A stretch of 60,259 nt of DNA, from the IMG/VR virus record IMGVR_UViG_3300044497_000019, positions 1 through 60,259 of that record; one strand, given 5' to 3'. Under the pieces are notes generated by a model. That model was not told the DNA's origin. It searched no databases and was given only the letters and a program-made list of their open reading frames with translations. The position numbers were made by a program, and so were the translations under genes. The stretch is from a virus (taxonomy: Duplodnaviria; Caudoviricetes). Below, one piece after another: positions 51,411 to 60,259 of the stretch; position 1 is the first letter of the stretch; every line of letters begins with the position of its first letter.

Positions 51411-52424
51411 ATGTTGGACATTTTTCGTAGTGATGCCTTCGGGGTGGTGCCGCTCACGCTCGCCATCAACAACCTGAAATTCGTTCCCGGCTATGTGTCG
51501 AGCACGGGGATTTTTTCCGAGAGCGCAATCGCCACCACGGTGTTCGCCATCGAGGAACGCAACAACACCCTGACGCTCGTGGCTCCGACGCCGCGCGGCG
51601 GTCCCGGTCACACGCAAGGGCGCACGCGTCGCAACATGCGGATGCTTGGCGTTCCGCATTTTGAAATCAACGATGCGGTGATGGCAGAGGAAGTGCAAGG
51701 CGTGCGACCGTTCGGACAAGAGGACGGAACCGAAGCGGTGATGACCAAGGTCGCCGAACGGATGCAGCAGGCGGGGCAGTCGCTGGAGTACACGCAGGAG
51801 CACACGCGCGTCGGTGCCATCAAGGGCGTGATCACCTACGCGGACGGTCAGACGCTGAACCTCTACAGCGAATACGGTCTGGCGCAGCCTGCCAACATCG
51901 ACATGAATTTGGACAGCACCACCAATGACGGCTCGCTCCGTGCGCAATGCGCGGCGATCACACGCACGATGGGCACCAACCTCGACGGTCAAACATTCTC
52001 TGGCATCGAGGCGATCTGCGGAGACGCCTACTTTGACGCGTTGATCAAAAATCCAGAGGTGCGCACTACCTACCTCAACCATCAAGGCGCAGCGGAACTG
52101 CGGTCGTCCTATATCAGTGCCGGTCAGGTGTGGGGCAGCTTCCCGTTCGGCGGCATCCTGTGGACGAACTATCGCGGCTACGTCGGCGCAACGCCGATGG
52201 TCGAGACCGACATGGCGTATTTGTATCCGACCGGCGTGCCGGATTTGTTCAAGACGGTCTACGCGCCAGCCGACTACATCGAGACCGTGAACACGATGGG
52301 CAAGCCGCGCTACGTGAAACAGTACACGATGCCGAACGATAAAGGCATCAACCTCGATGTCCAGATGAACGCCCTGAACATCTGCACCAAGCCGCTCGTG
52401 TTGATGCGCGCAATCAAGACCTGA
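51411..52424 (+). CDS. Major capsid protein (lambda gpE family)
   Basis: 'DIF..DAF....LT.AIN', 'EVQG.R.FG', 'YAPAD..ETVNT.G'. Confidence 0.9.
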   Translation: MLDIFRSDAFGVVPLTLAINNLKFVPGYVSSTGIFSESAIATTVFAIEERNNTLTLVAPTPRGGPGHTQGRTRRNMRMLGVPHFEINDAVMAEEVQGVRPFGQEDGTEAVMTKVAERMQQAGQSLEYTQEHTRVGAIKGVITYADGQTLNLYSEYGLAQPANIDMNLDSTTNDGSLRAQCAAITRTMGTNLDGQTFSGIEAICGDAYFDALIKNPEVRTTYLNHQGAAELRSSYISAGQVWGSFPFGGILWTNYRGYVGATPMVETDMAYLYPTGVPDLFKTVYAPADYIETVNTMGKPRYVKQYTMPNDKGINLDVQMNALNICTKPLVLMRAIKT

Positions 52425-52465
52425 TCGGATCGCGAGGCGCGCGCCACCAACAACGGGAGCAAACA

Positions 52466-52897
52466 ATGACCATCGCAGATGTCACCGAGAACGCGATCCT
52501 CAATCTGATTTTTTCCGGCACGACGTGGGCGAACTATGCGCAGAACGCCGCGTCCGCGCCGGAAACAAATATCGTCGCGGGGATGCACACCGCCGATCCC
52601 GGCGAGGCTGGCACGATGGCAACGTCGGAAGCAGCCTACACCAACTACGCGCGCCAGAACGTTCTTAGATCGACCGGCTGGAGCACGGCGGTGGCAGGCT
52701 CCGTCAGTCCAGCGAACCCGATCAACTTTCCAGCCAGCGGCGCGGCGGGCGCGACCATCACGCATTGGTCAACCGGCAAGAGCGGCGGCGGTGCCGCGCC
52801 TCTGCTCTGGTCCGGTGGCGTGTCTCCCACCGTCGCCATTGGCGCATCTGGGATCACGCCGCAACTCACGACGGCGACCACCATCACGCTCGATTGA
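52466..52897 (+). CDS. Small virion fibre/adaptor protein
   Basis: 'HTADPGE.G....E..Y..YAR', 'I.FP', 'ITH' pattern. Confidence 0.55.
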   Translation: MTIADVTENAILNLIFSGTTWANYAQNAASAPETNIVAGMHTADPGEAGTMATSEAAYTNYARQNVLRSTGWSTAVAGSVSPANPINFPASGAAGATITHWSTGKSGGGAAPLLWSGGVSPTVAIGASGITPQLTTATTITLD

Positions 52898-52902
52898 CAT
52901 GA

Positions 52903-53364
52903 ATGCTGCACGAGCATTTCAGGCAAGCGTTGGAGGACGGTGACGTTTCGTTGCTGCGGAAAATTTGGGCGGATCAATTCCCGAAAATGCCGCAGCCGAA
53001 AACCGACGACGAGGCGCGCGCGATCATGCATCGCGCACGCACCGAAATGGAAATGATGCCGTTCGCGAAGCGCGCCTACTCTCACGCGTGGCTGACGGAA
53101 CGTTCGTTGCCTTCGGCGTTGCCAGACCATCTGAAACCGAAAGCGGAGCGACTGTACCCGGTGGTGGTCGGCGTCGTCGGCATCGCTGTCATGGGCAAGT
53201 CACCAATCGGCAAAGCCATCGCGCCGCTTATCAGCAAGGCGATGTCGGATGCGGTGATGGACGCCTACGCGCACGGCACCACCGATCCGGTATTCGTCAA
53301 GCAACGGATGATGGAAGCGCGGGAGCGTGAGCTTCAAAAACTCCTTGGCAAGTTGAAGGTGTGA
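52903..53364 (+). CDS. Hypothetical protein
   Basis: Intact ORF within the late operon. Confidence 0.6.
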   Translation: MLHEHFRQALEDGDVSLLRKIWADQFPKMPQPKTDDEARAIMHRARTEMEMMPFAKRAYSHAWLTERSLPSALPDHLKPKAERLYPVVVGVVGIAVMGKSPIGKAIAPLISKAMSDAVMDAYAHGTTDPVFVKQRMMEARERELQKLLGKLKV

Positions 53365-53365
53365 C

Positions 53366-55204
53366 ATGGGTCAACTATTCAACCTTGCGCGCATGACGAC
53401 GGCGACGGTCGGCACCGGCACGATCACGCTTGGCGCAGCGGTGTCGGGATTTCTCACGTTCGCTGGCGCGGGCGTTCCCACCGGCACCACGGTCTCCTAC
53501 GCAATCGAGGACGGAGCCAATTCCGAAATCGGCGAAGGCGTGTACACGACAGCGGGAACCACGCTCACCCGCAGCGTCACCAAATCAACAAACGCCAACG
53601 CGCCGATTGCGCTGTCAGGAAACGCGCATGTGTTCCTGACGCCGCGCGCGGAGGATTTGGTAGTCAACCCGGCAGGGGTTGCCGCCGAGATTGCCTCGAA
53701 GGTCGCCAAAGCTGGCGACACGATGACCGGCTTCCTGACGCTGGATTATGCCGCGCCGCAACTGTATTTCAAAAAGGGCGCGAGCGGCGACATCGCGTCC
53801 ATCCTCGTGTCAACGGCAGGCTCAACACGCTGGTCATACCGGCTAAGTGACGCGGCGGCTGAAAGCGGAGCCGACGCAGGATCAAACTTGGCGATCTATC
53901 GGTACAGCGACACGGGCGCGCTGCTTGGGGTTGGGTTGTTAATCGAGCGTAAGTCCGGGCTGGTGACGCTGTTCACTGATCCTGTGCAGCCGATGCACGC
54001 CGCCACCAAACAATACGCCGACACCAAGCTGTCACTCGCAGGCGGCTCGATGACAGGTGCGCTGGAGGTGCAGACACCAACAACGACGTGGCACGCGACC
54101 ACCAAGACCTACGTGGACACGGCGGTGAGCGGCAAGGTCGCCAAGACCGGCGACACGATGTCTGGTGCCCTCACGTTCTCCGATCTTGGCGAAGGCGTCG
54201 TGTTCTCACACGGCGGAAGGATTTACGACGCCAGCGACGGCACCAACCTACAGGTCAACGCCGACCTGTGCCGTGTCTACAACGAGGCGGGCACCGTCTT
54301 GATGTTCGCGGTCACGCCAGCACTCGTGTCAACGAACGCCGCTCTGTCGGTTGCCACCACTCTCGCTGTCGGTGGAGCATCAACTTTCAGCGGCACGGTG
54401 ACGGTGCCGACACCGACACAGCCGCTGCACGCTGCCACCAAGGGGTATGTTGATGGGTTTCTGCCGCGCACCGCAGGGGCGAGCTATCCGCTGACCGGCG
54501 ATCTATCAATCGTCAAGTCCTATCCCGGCATTCTGCTCGACAAGGCGGCGGGAGAGTATTGCCACCTGACATCTGCCAAGGGCGGGCTGACGCGATGGAT
54601 GGTGCGCATGGGCGACACCGCGCCGGAAAGCACCGGCAACCTTGGTTCGGATATTATATTCAACGCCTATGCCGACGCGGGCGGATTTCTGGCGGCTCGT
54701 TTCAGCCTCGTGCGTGGAACCGGCGTCGCGAGTTTTTACAATACGTCAGTTTACAAACCCGGCGGCGGGCAGTTCACCGACAGCAGCGACCGGCGGATCA
54801 AGAACATCGTCGGCGAATACAAGGGCGGTCTCAAGGAAATCATCGGTCTCTATCCGCTCCGCTTCACCTATCGCGGCAATGACACCGACGTTGATCCGGT
54901 CGAGCCGATCCAAACGCCGTCATCGAAGGAAGGCGAGCCTGACAAGATCGAGGCGGATGATGTCGCGCCGTACAAGCGGTCGGGGCACTACGGTCCTGCG
55001 ATTGCAGCGCAAGAGTTTATTGGTCTCGCCGCGCAGGATGTCGAGCCGGTGTTGCCGGAATGCGTGAGCCATCGCAGCGCCTACATCGACGGCAAGCCGG
55101 TGGACGATCTGCGCAGCATCGACGCCAGCCCGTTGATCTACGCGTTGATCAACGCGGTGAAGGAACTGGAGGCGCGCGTGCGCGTGCTGGAAGGCACGGC
55201 ATGA
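53366..55204 (+). CDS. Fibre protein with C-terminal S74 intramolecular chaperone
   Basis: 'T.T.GTGT.TL..A..GF' N-terminus; repeats 'KxGDTMxG', 'HAATK.Y.D'; 'SDRRIKN', 'G..AQDV', 'LINAVKEL'. Confidence 0.8.
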   Translation: MGQLFNLARMTTATVGTGTITLGAAVSGFLTFAGAGVPTGTTVSYAIEDGANSEIGEGVYTTAGTTLTRSVTKSTNANAPIALSGNAHVFLTPRAEDLVVNPAGVAAEIASKVAKAGDTMTGFLTLDYAAPQLYFKKGASGDIASILVSTAGSTRWSYRLSDAAAESGADAGSNLAIYRYSDTGALLGVGLLIERKSGLVTLFTDPVQPMHAATKQYADTKLSLAGGSMTGALEVQTPTTTWHATTKTYVDTAVSGKVAKTGDTMSGALTFSDLGEGVVFSHGGRIYDASDGTNLQVNADLCRVYNEAGTVLMFAVTPALVSTNAALSVATTLAVGGASTFSGTVTVPTPTQPLHAATKGYVDGFLPRTAGASYPLTGDLSIVKSYPGILLDKAAGEYCHLTSAKGGLTRWMVRMGDTAPESTGNLGSDIIFNAYADAGGFLAARFSLVRGTGVASFYNTSVYKPGGGQFTDSSDRRIKNIVGEYKGGLKEIIGLYPLRFTYRGNDTDVDPVEPIQTPSSKEGEPDKIEADDVAPYKRSGHYGPAIAAQEFIGLAAQDVEPVLPECVSHRSAYIDGKPVDDLRSIDASPLIYALINAVKELEARVRVLEGTA

Positions 55205-55205
55205 C

Positions 55206-57593
55206 ATGCTGGGCCACGGCGCGCTAGGTCAATTCGCTCTCGGTCAAACGCGAAACATTCCCGCGCCGACAGTCGGCAGCGTCGGCGTCGCACGCGGTCT
55301 GGCGAACGGCGTCGGCGTGACGCTTGCGCTGACGGTCGGATCGGTCGGCACCGCGCGCGGTCAGGCGAGTGCAGTCGGTCGAGCGATCACACCCACGACG
55401 GGATCGGTCGGCGTCGCTCGCGGTCTTGCCAACGGCGTCGGTGCTGCACTCTCGACCACGACGACGACCGGCTCCGCGACCGGATCGGGAGCGACAACCG
55501 CCAACAGCAAAGCGACCGTCGCCGTCGCAGGCTCCGTTGGCGTCGTGCGTGGCAACGCCTCTGGCGCAGGCGCTGCGATCAAGGCGACGGTCGGCGCTTG
55601 CACGTCGAGTGGGCAAGCGTCAGGTGTCGCGTCGTCGCAGGCGAGCGTGGCGACGACCGGATCAGCGACCGGATCGGGAGCGGCGGCAGGCACCGGGCGA
55701 TCTACAAACGCCACGGTCGGTTCGGTCGGCGTCGCGCGCGGGCAGGCGAACGGTGCCAGCGCGGTGATCGTGTCGGCTCCGACGACAGGCTCCACCGGCA
55801 CCTCGCGCGGTCTGGCGAACGCGGTTGCTGTCGTCACGGCGCGCACGGCTGGCTCCGGTGGCGACGCGCGCGGTGCCTGTCTCGGCATCACGTCGAGCAC
55901 GGCGAACATTCCGACAGTCGGCAGCGCGACCGGCGCAGGCACCGCCGCCGCTGTCGCGACGGCGCGCGCTGCAACCACGGGATCAGGGACCGGCGTCGGC
56001 ACCACCGCTGCGATTGGCACCGGGGTGATCCTGTGCGCAGGCACCGCCGACAGTCTCGGCACCGCCAGCGGTCGCACGCCGGTCATGGTGGTTGGCACGG
56101 CGTCGGGCAACGGAGCGACAGCGGCGACGGCATCGAGTGTCGCCGCGACGACAGGCACCGCCGCTGGTTCCGGCACCGCGTCAGGCTCCGTGTCAGGCTC
56201 CGCGACGACGACGGGCACCGCGTTCGGCTTCGGCATCGCTGTCGCCGCGATGGTCGGAATTTATTCGCGCATCGTCACGGCGCGCGGCGACGGTGCTGCA
56301 CTCGCGGCGAGCGCAAGCGGCACGACGAACCTTGGGCAAGCGTTCGGCTGGGGCGAGGCGGCAGGCTCCGGTGCCTCGATTGCAGCGACGACAGGCACCG
56401 CCTACGGCGGCGGCTTCGCGCAGGCTCAAACGATCAGGCTCGCGGTCGGCACCGGCACCGCGTCAGGCACTGGCACCGCCAGCGGCGCAGGCGGGCGCGT
56501 GGATGCGGTGATCGGCACCGCCGCCGGTTCAGGCACCGCCAGCGCGACGACGGCGCTGCCGGTGTTCCCTGCGCCGTGCGTCGGCACCGCCATCGGCGCA
56601 GGCTCCGCGTCTGGTGTTGTCGCGTACACGTTCCGCACGCAAGGTCTCGCCTCCGGTTCCGGCGTTGCTCTCGCCGCTGGCATCGGAGGCGTGCGAGGCA
56701 CCGCGTCGGGAACAGGCACCGCGTCGGCTGTCAGCACGAGCGCACGAGCGGCGGTCGGCACCGCGTCAGGCACCGGCACCGCGCAGGGTCGAGCAGGCTC
56801 CGCAGGCACCGCCACGGGCGCAGGCACCGCCAGCGCAATAAGCTCTTGCATCGCAGCGACAACCGGCACCGCCACGAGCCAAGGCACCGCGACTGCGGAA
56901 GGTGCCGTCAGGCTCGTGCTGGCGTCAGGTACTGGCACCGCGTCAGGCACCGGCTCGACCGCCGCCGTCGTGCACGTGATCGCCTCGACGCAAGGCACCG
57001 CGACTGGCACCGGCACCGCCGCTGCGGCGCTCGTGTCGATGGCGTATCGCGCGCCGTGGGCAGACGGCAACGGAACCGCGCAGGCGATCACCGCCGTGAC
57101 GGTGGCGACGACAGGCACCGCCAGCGGCGTCGGCACCGCCACCGGCAACATCACCGGGGTGCACGAGCGTCAGGGCTTGGCGCTTGGCGCAGGCTTTGCG
57201 TTCGGCGTCGGTCTCACCGGCAGCTTCGGCGATGGTCGAGCAGATGGGCGCGGCGATGCCAGCGGACACGGCAACGCGATCCGCGCATCGGTCGGCGAGG
57301 CAGGCGGCAAGGGTGAAGCGTTCGCCATCACGACCACGACCAAGAGTGTCGTCGGTCTGGCGCACGGCTACGGTGTCGCCGTCGCCGATGGATCGACCGC
57401 CGCTGGAATAAACGAGGCGACCGGCTACGATCTGCACCGCAAGAACCCGCGCGTCCGCGAGCTTGTCAGCTTTGACCGGCGCGCGCGGTCGCTCAAATAT
57501 CCTGTCCTCCGTCCTCGCTTGCTGGTAAACGACAACGATCAAAGATCGCGTGAACTGGTTGGCGGGCGTACTCGACACCTACAAGGAGTGTAG
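55206..57593 (+). CDS. Gly/Ala/Thr/Ser-rich repetitive virion protein
   Basis: 795 aa with dozens of 'GTASGTGTA'-like units; 'MLG..A.G...LG' start. Confidence 0.7.
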   Translation: MLGHGALGQFALGQTRNIPAPTVGSVGVARGLANGVGVTLALTVGSVGTARGQASAVGRAITPTTGSVGVARGLANGVGAALSTTTTTGSATGSGATTANSKATVAVAGSVGVVRGNASGAGAAIKATVGACTSSGQASGVASSQASVATTGSATGSGAAAGTGRSTNATVGSVGVARGQANGASAVIVSAPTTGSTGTSRGLANAVAVVTARTAGSGGDARGACLGITSSTANIPTVGSATGAGTAAAVATARAATTGSGTGVGTTAAIGTGVILCAGTADSLGTASGRTPVMVVGTASGNGATAATASSVAATTGTAAGSGTASGSVSGSATTTGTAFGFGIAVAAMVGIYSRIVTARGDGAALAASASGTTNLGQAFGWGEAAGSGASIAATTGTAYGGGFAQAQTIRLAVGTGTASGTGTASGAGGRVDAVIGTAAGSGTASATTALPVFPAPCVGTAIGAGSASGVVAYTFRTQGLASGSGVALAAGIGGVRGTASGTGTASAVSTSARAAVGTASGTGTAQGRAGSAGTATGAGTASAISSCIAATTGTATSQGTATAEGAVRLVLASGTGTASGTGSTAAVVHVIASTQGTATGTGTAAAALVSMAYRAPWADGNGTAQAITAVTVATTGTASGVGTATGNITGVHERQGLALGAGFAFGVGLTGSFGDGRADGRGDASGHGNAIRASVGEAGGKGEAFAITTTTKSVVGLAHGYGVAVADGSTAAGINEATGYDLHRKNPRVRELVSFDRRARSLKYPVLRPRLLVNDNDQRSRELVGGRTRHLQGV

Positions 57594-57595
57594 CC

Positions 57596-57916
57596 GTGTA
57601 CGTTGGTCGCGATTTCGATCCATCCGACACCGGGGAGAATGAGCGGTACACGCTCGATTTCCTCAACGACATCCAACAGGACGACAGCATCGCGTCGGTG
57701 TCGTGGACGTGCGCCGTTGCCGCCAAGAGCGAGAACCCTGATCCAGATGCCGCGTCGTGCATCATGGGCACGGCGGTCTATGAAGGAAAGAAAACCACGC
57801 AACGCGTGCACGGTCTGAAATTGGGCGTGACCTACGTCCTCACCGCGACCGTCGTCACCACGCTCAACGATGTCGTCAGCCTCTGGTCGCATGTCGAGTG
57901 CAGGGGGCCAGCATGA
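57596..57916 (+). CDS. Fibre adaptor-like protein
   Basis: 'DP....YT.DF', 'D.I.S..W'; AGGAG RBS, GTG start. Confidence 0.55.
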   Translation: MYVGRDFDPSDTGENERYTLDFLNDIQQDDSIASVSWTCAVAAKSENPDPDAASCIMGTAVYEGKKTTQRVHGLKLGVTYVLTATVVTTLNDVVSLWSHVECRGPA

Positions 57917-58263
57917 TTGATTTCGATGCGCTCGTGTTGAACCCGTGCGAGGACATCTTTTCCATCGTGTGCAAATTCACGCTGCAAGTGACGCGACCGG
58001 AGGCAGCGCCCGTGATCGCGCGCGGGATTTTTTCGTCTGCTCCCACCGACGTGATGATGCAGGACGAAACGATTTTCTCCGATCAACAAACGTCGCTTGG
58101 AATTCGTGTTCGCGATTTCAAATACATGCCGGATCGCGGCGACATCGTTGAGATAACCGACACGCGCCATCCCGCGTGCGGAATGAAATTCTGGATCGGC
58201 GACGCCGATTGGGACGGGCAAGGCGGGATGATGTTGATGCTCCGAACGAAGGAGCCGGAATGA
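57913..58263 (+). CDS. Head-tail joining protein (gpFII-like)
   Basis: 'GIF', 'P..GD', 'DG.G....L'; position. Confidence 0.6.
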   Translation: MIDFDALVLNPCEDIFSIVCKFTLQVTRPEAAPVIARGIFSSAPTDVMMQDETIFSDQQTSLGIRVRDFKYMPDRGDIVEITDTRHPACGMKFWIGDADWDGQGGMMLMLRTKEPE

Positions 58264-58820
58264 GCACCTACGCGGTGAAGGTTGCAGAGAAGGCGCACGA
58301 GCTTTGCCGCGCTGGCTTCCACACGCGGTTCAAGACCTACCGCAAAACGCCTGCCATGCAAGTGACGCCCGTCGATCTGCCGATGCTTGGCATCTACATC
58401 CTGCGAGAGCGGCGCACCGAGGACGGTCACGCCAACCACGCCGCGCCACACTTCAAGCATGAACTGACGCTGGGCTTTTCCGGCGCGGTGCACGCCGACA
58501 CCGACGACCAGAACAAATACAGCGCGTTGGAAAACATGATGTCGGAACTGGACGACATCCTGTTGAGCGATCCGAAATTTGTTGCGCTCTCCGAAGGCAT
58601 CACCTCGATGGATCGGATGTCGCAATACGCCAAGGTCGGCGAGACCACGCTATTTGAAATCAGGATCGAAATGGTGCTGGAATTCTCCAGCCACTTCCCT
58701 CCGCGCGTGGAGGATGAACTGAAAACCATCCACGTCGAGACCCGCTATCCCGACGCCGACACCGATCCAGATGCGGTGCAACAAATCATCCGCATCTATG
58801 ATCTGGAGCAGAACCCGTGA
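58260..58820 (+). CDS. Tail terminator/completion-like protein
   Basis: Position before sheath; 'LP.L.IY...E'. Confidence 0.5.
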   Translation: MSTYAVKVAEKAHELCRAGFHTRFKTYRKTPAMQVTPVDLPMLGIYILRERRTEDGHANHAAPHFKHELTLGFSGAVHADTDDQNKYSALENMMSELDDILLSDPKFVALSEGITSMDRMSQYAKVGETTLFEIRIEMVLEFSSHFPPRVEDELKTIHVETRYPDADTDPDAVQQIIRIYDLEQNP

Positions 58821-58883
58821 ACCACCCGAAGCCAATCGCGATGCGATGGCACCCACCACTGGACCAAGAAGGAGACCGCTACC

Positions 58884-60259
58884 ATGCCCGTCTCGTTTAA
58901 CAGCATCCCCGCTGGATGGAGAATGCCGCTCTATTGGGTCGAGGTTGACCCGTCGATGGCGGGCTATCCGCGCTCCCGCCTGCCGTCTTTGTTGATCGGC
59001 ACCAAGCTCGCGGCAGGCACGGCGATCCCGAACGTGCCGATCCCGGTGCCGTCGCAGGCGGATGCGCGGCAGCTATTCGGCTACGGCTCCATGCTCGACC
59101 AGATGGTTGAAGCATTCACGATGAACAATTTCGCGCAGGAGCTTTGGGTCGTTCCAATCGCGGAGGCGGCGGCGGGAACCGCAGCCACCGGCACCATGAC
59201 AGTCGCCACCGAACCGACAGCAGGCGGCACGCTGCCGGTCTACATCTCCGGTCGTCGCGTGCAGATCGGCGTTGCTGCCGGTGAGGACGTCGGACCCATC
59301 GCCACCAAGATCGTCGTGGCGATCAACAAGGATCGGTCGATGCCGGTGATCGCCACGCAAAGCGGCAGCGACAGTCCGATCATTTCGCTGGCGTGCAAGT
59401 GGAAGGGCGTCGAAGGAAACGAGATTGATGTTCGGCTCGCCTACGGCGGTGCGCTCGCCGCCGAACAGGTGCCGGTCGGTCTCACCATCACGATGCCGGT
59501 CAACAACAAATTGAGCGGTGGATCGGGATCGCCTGACATCGTTGCGGCAATCGACAACCTTGGCGACGAAGCCTACGAGTACGTCGCCTCCGGTTTCTCC
59601 GACAGCACATGCATTGGTTTGTTGGAGCAGGAGTACGGCTTCGGCGACAGCGGACGGTGGGGCTGGATGCGCCAGCTTTACGGTCACGTGTTTTTCTGTA
59701 TGCGCGGTTCCTACTCCGGTCTGCTCGCATACGGACCCAGCAACAACAGCGGTGTCCTGTCCTGCTTGGCAGTCGAGAGCCACACGCCGACGCCGCCGTG
59801 GGCGTGGGCGTCGGCGTACTGCGCCAAGGCAGCGCGCGCGCTGGTCAACGATCCGGCGCGTCCGTTGCAGACGCTTGCGCTGGAAGGTTGCCTACCGGCA
59901 CCGAAACATCTGCGGTTCGACATGAAGCAATGCAACGACCTGTCGGGCGTCGGCATCGCCACGCAGGGTGTCAACGCCGATGGCGTCCCCGCGATCAAAC
60001 GTGAGAGCACGACCTACCAGAAAAACCTGTACGGTCAGGGCGACGACGCCTACGAATTGGTGCCGACGCTCGCCACGCTCTCGGCTCTGTTCCGTTCGCA
60101 GCGCCACGCGATCACGAGCAAGTATCCGCGTCACAAGCTCGCCGACGACGGCACGCGTTTCGGTGCCGGTCAAGCCATCGTCACGCCGAAAATCATCAAG
60201 GCGGAATTGATCGCGCAATATCGCGCCGATGAATTCCTTGGGCGTGTCGAGAATGCGGT
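58884..60259 (+). CDS. Tail sheath protein (Mu gpL-like), 3'-truncated; absent from the ORF track
   Basis: AAGGAG RBS; MPVSFNSIPAGWRMPLYWVEVD, 'FG.GSML', 'DPARPLQTL', 'TTYQKN', 'KLADDG', 'VTP..IKAEL'; open to window end. Confidence 0.95.
   Translation, partial: MPVSFNSIPAGWRMPLYWVEVDPSMAGYPRSRLPSLLIGTKLAAGTAIPNVPIPVPSQADARQLFGYGSMLDQMVEAFTMNNFAQELWVVPIAEAAAGTAATGTMTVATEPTAGGTLPVYISGRRVQIGVAAGEDVGPIATKIVVAINKDRSMPVIATQSGSDSPIISLACKWKGVEGNEIDVRLAYGGALAAEQVPVGLTITMPVNNKLSGGSGSPDIVAAIDNLGDEAYEYVASGFSDSTCIGLLEQEYGFGDSGRWGWMRQLYGHVFFCMRGSYSGLLAYGPSNNSGVLSCLAVESHTPTPPWAWASAYCAKAARALVNDPARPLQTLALEGCLPAPKHLRFDMKQCNDLSGVGIATQGVNADGVPAIKRESTTYQKNLYGQGDDAYELVPTLATLSALFRSQRHAITSKYPRHKLADDGTRFGAGQAIVTPKIIKAELIAQYRADEFLGRVENA

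Noticed and set aside
59073-60218. Short ORFs listed at the window end
   Set aside because: Shadow frames of the stop-less tail sheath gene starting at 58884

Overview
Near-complete, circularly permuted genome (~60 kb, GC-rich) of a tailed dsDNA phage. It pairs a lambda-type head (Nu1/GpA terminase, gpW, lambda portal, ClpP-type protease, gpD, gpE-type capsid) with a Mu-type contractile tail (sheath, tube, frameshifted chaperone, tape measure, gpN/P/45/46/47/48 baseplate). The window ends inside the sheath gene and begins in a glycosyltransferase/FkbM-methyltransferase cluster lying just upstream of the tube gene. It also holds three fibre genes, a GH25 lysis module, a leftward RecE/RecT/XRE/ParB operon, a rightward RuvC/SF2-helicase operon, a strand-biased GCACGA repeat region, and a ParB + ABC-ATPase-GNAT locus (putative DNA modification). 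An 8 kb leftward early operon carries AAA/VWA genes separated by homologous, covarying stem-loop + RBS elements. I saw no integrase, primase, polymerase, tRNA, CRISPR array or reverse transcriptase. The host is probably an alphaproteobacterium (inference). All calls come from motif recognition by eye; no searches were run.
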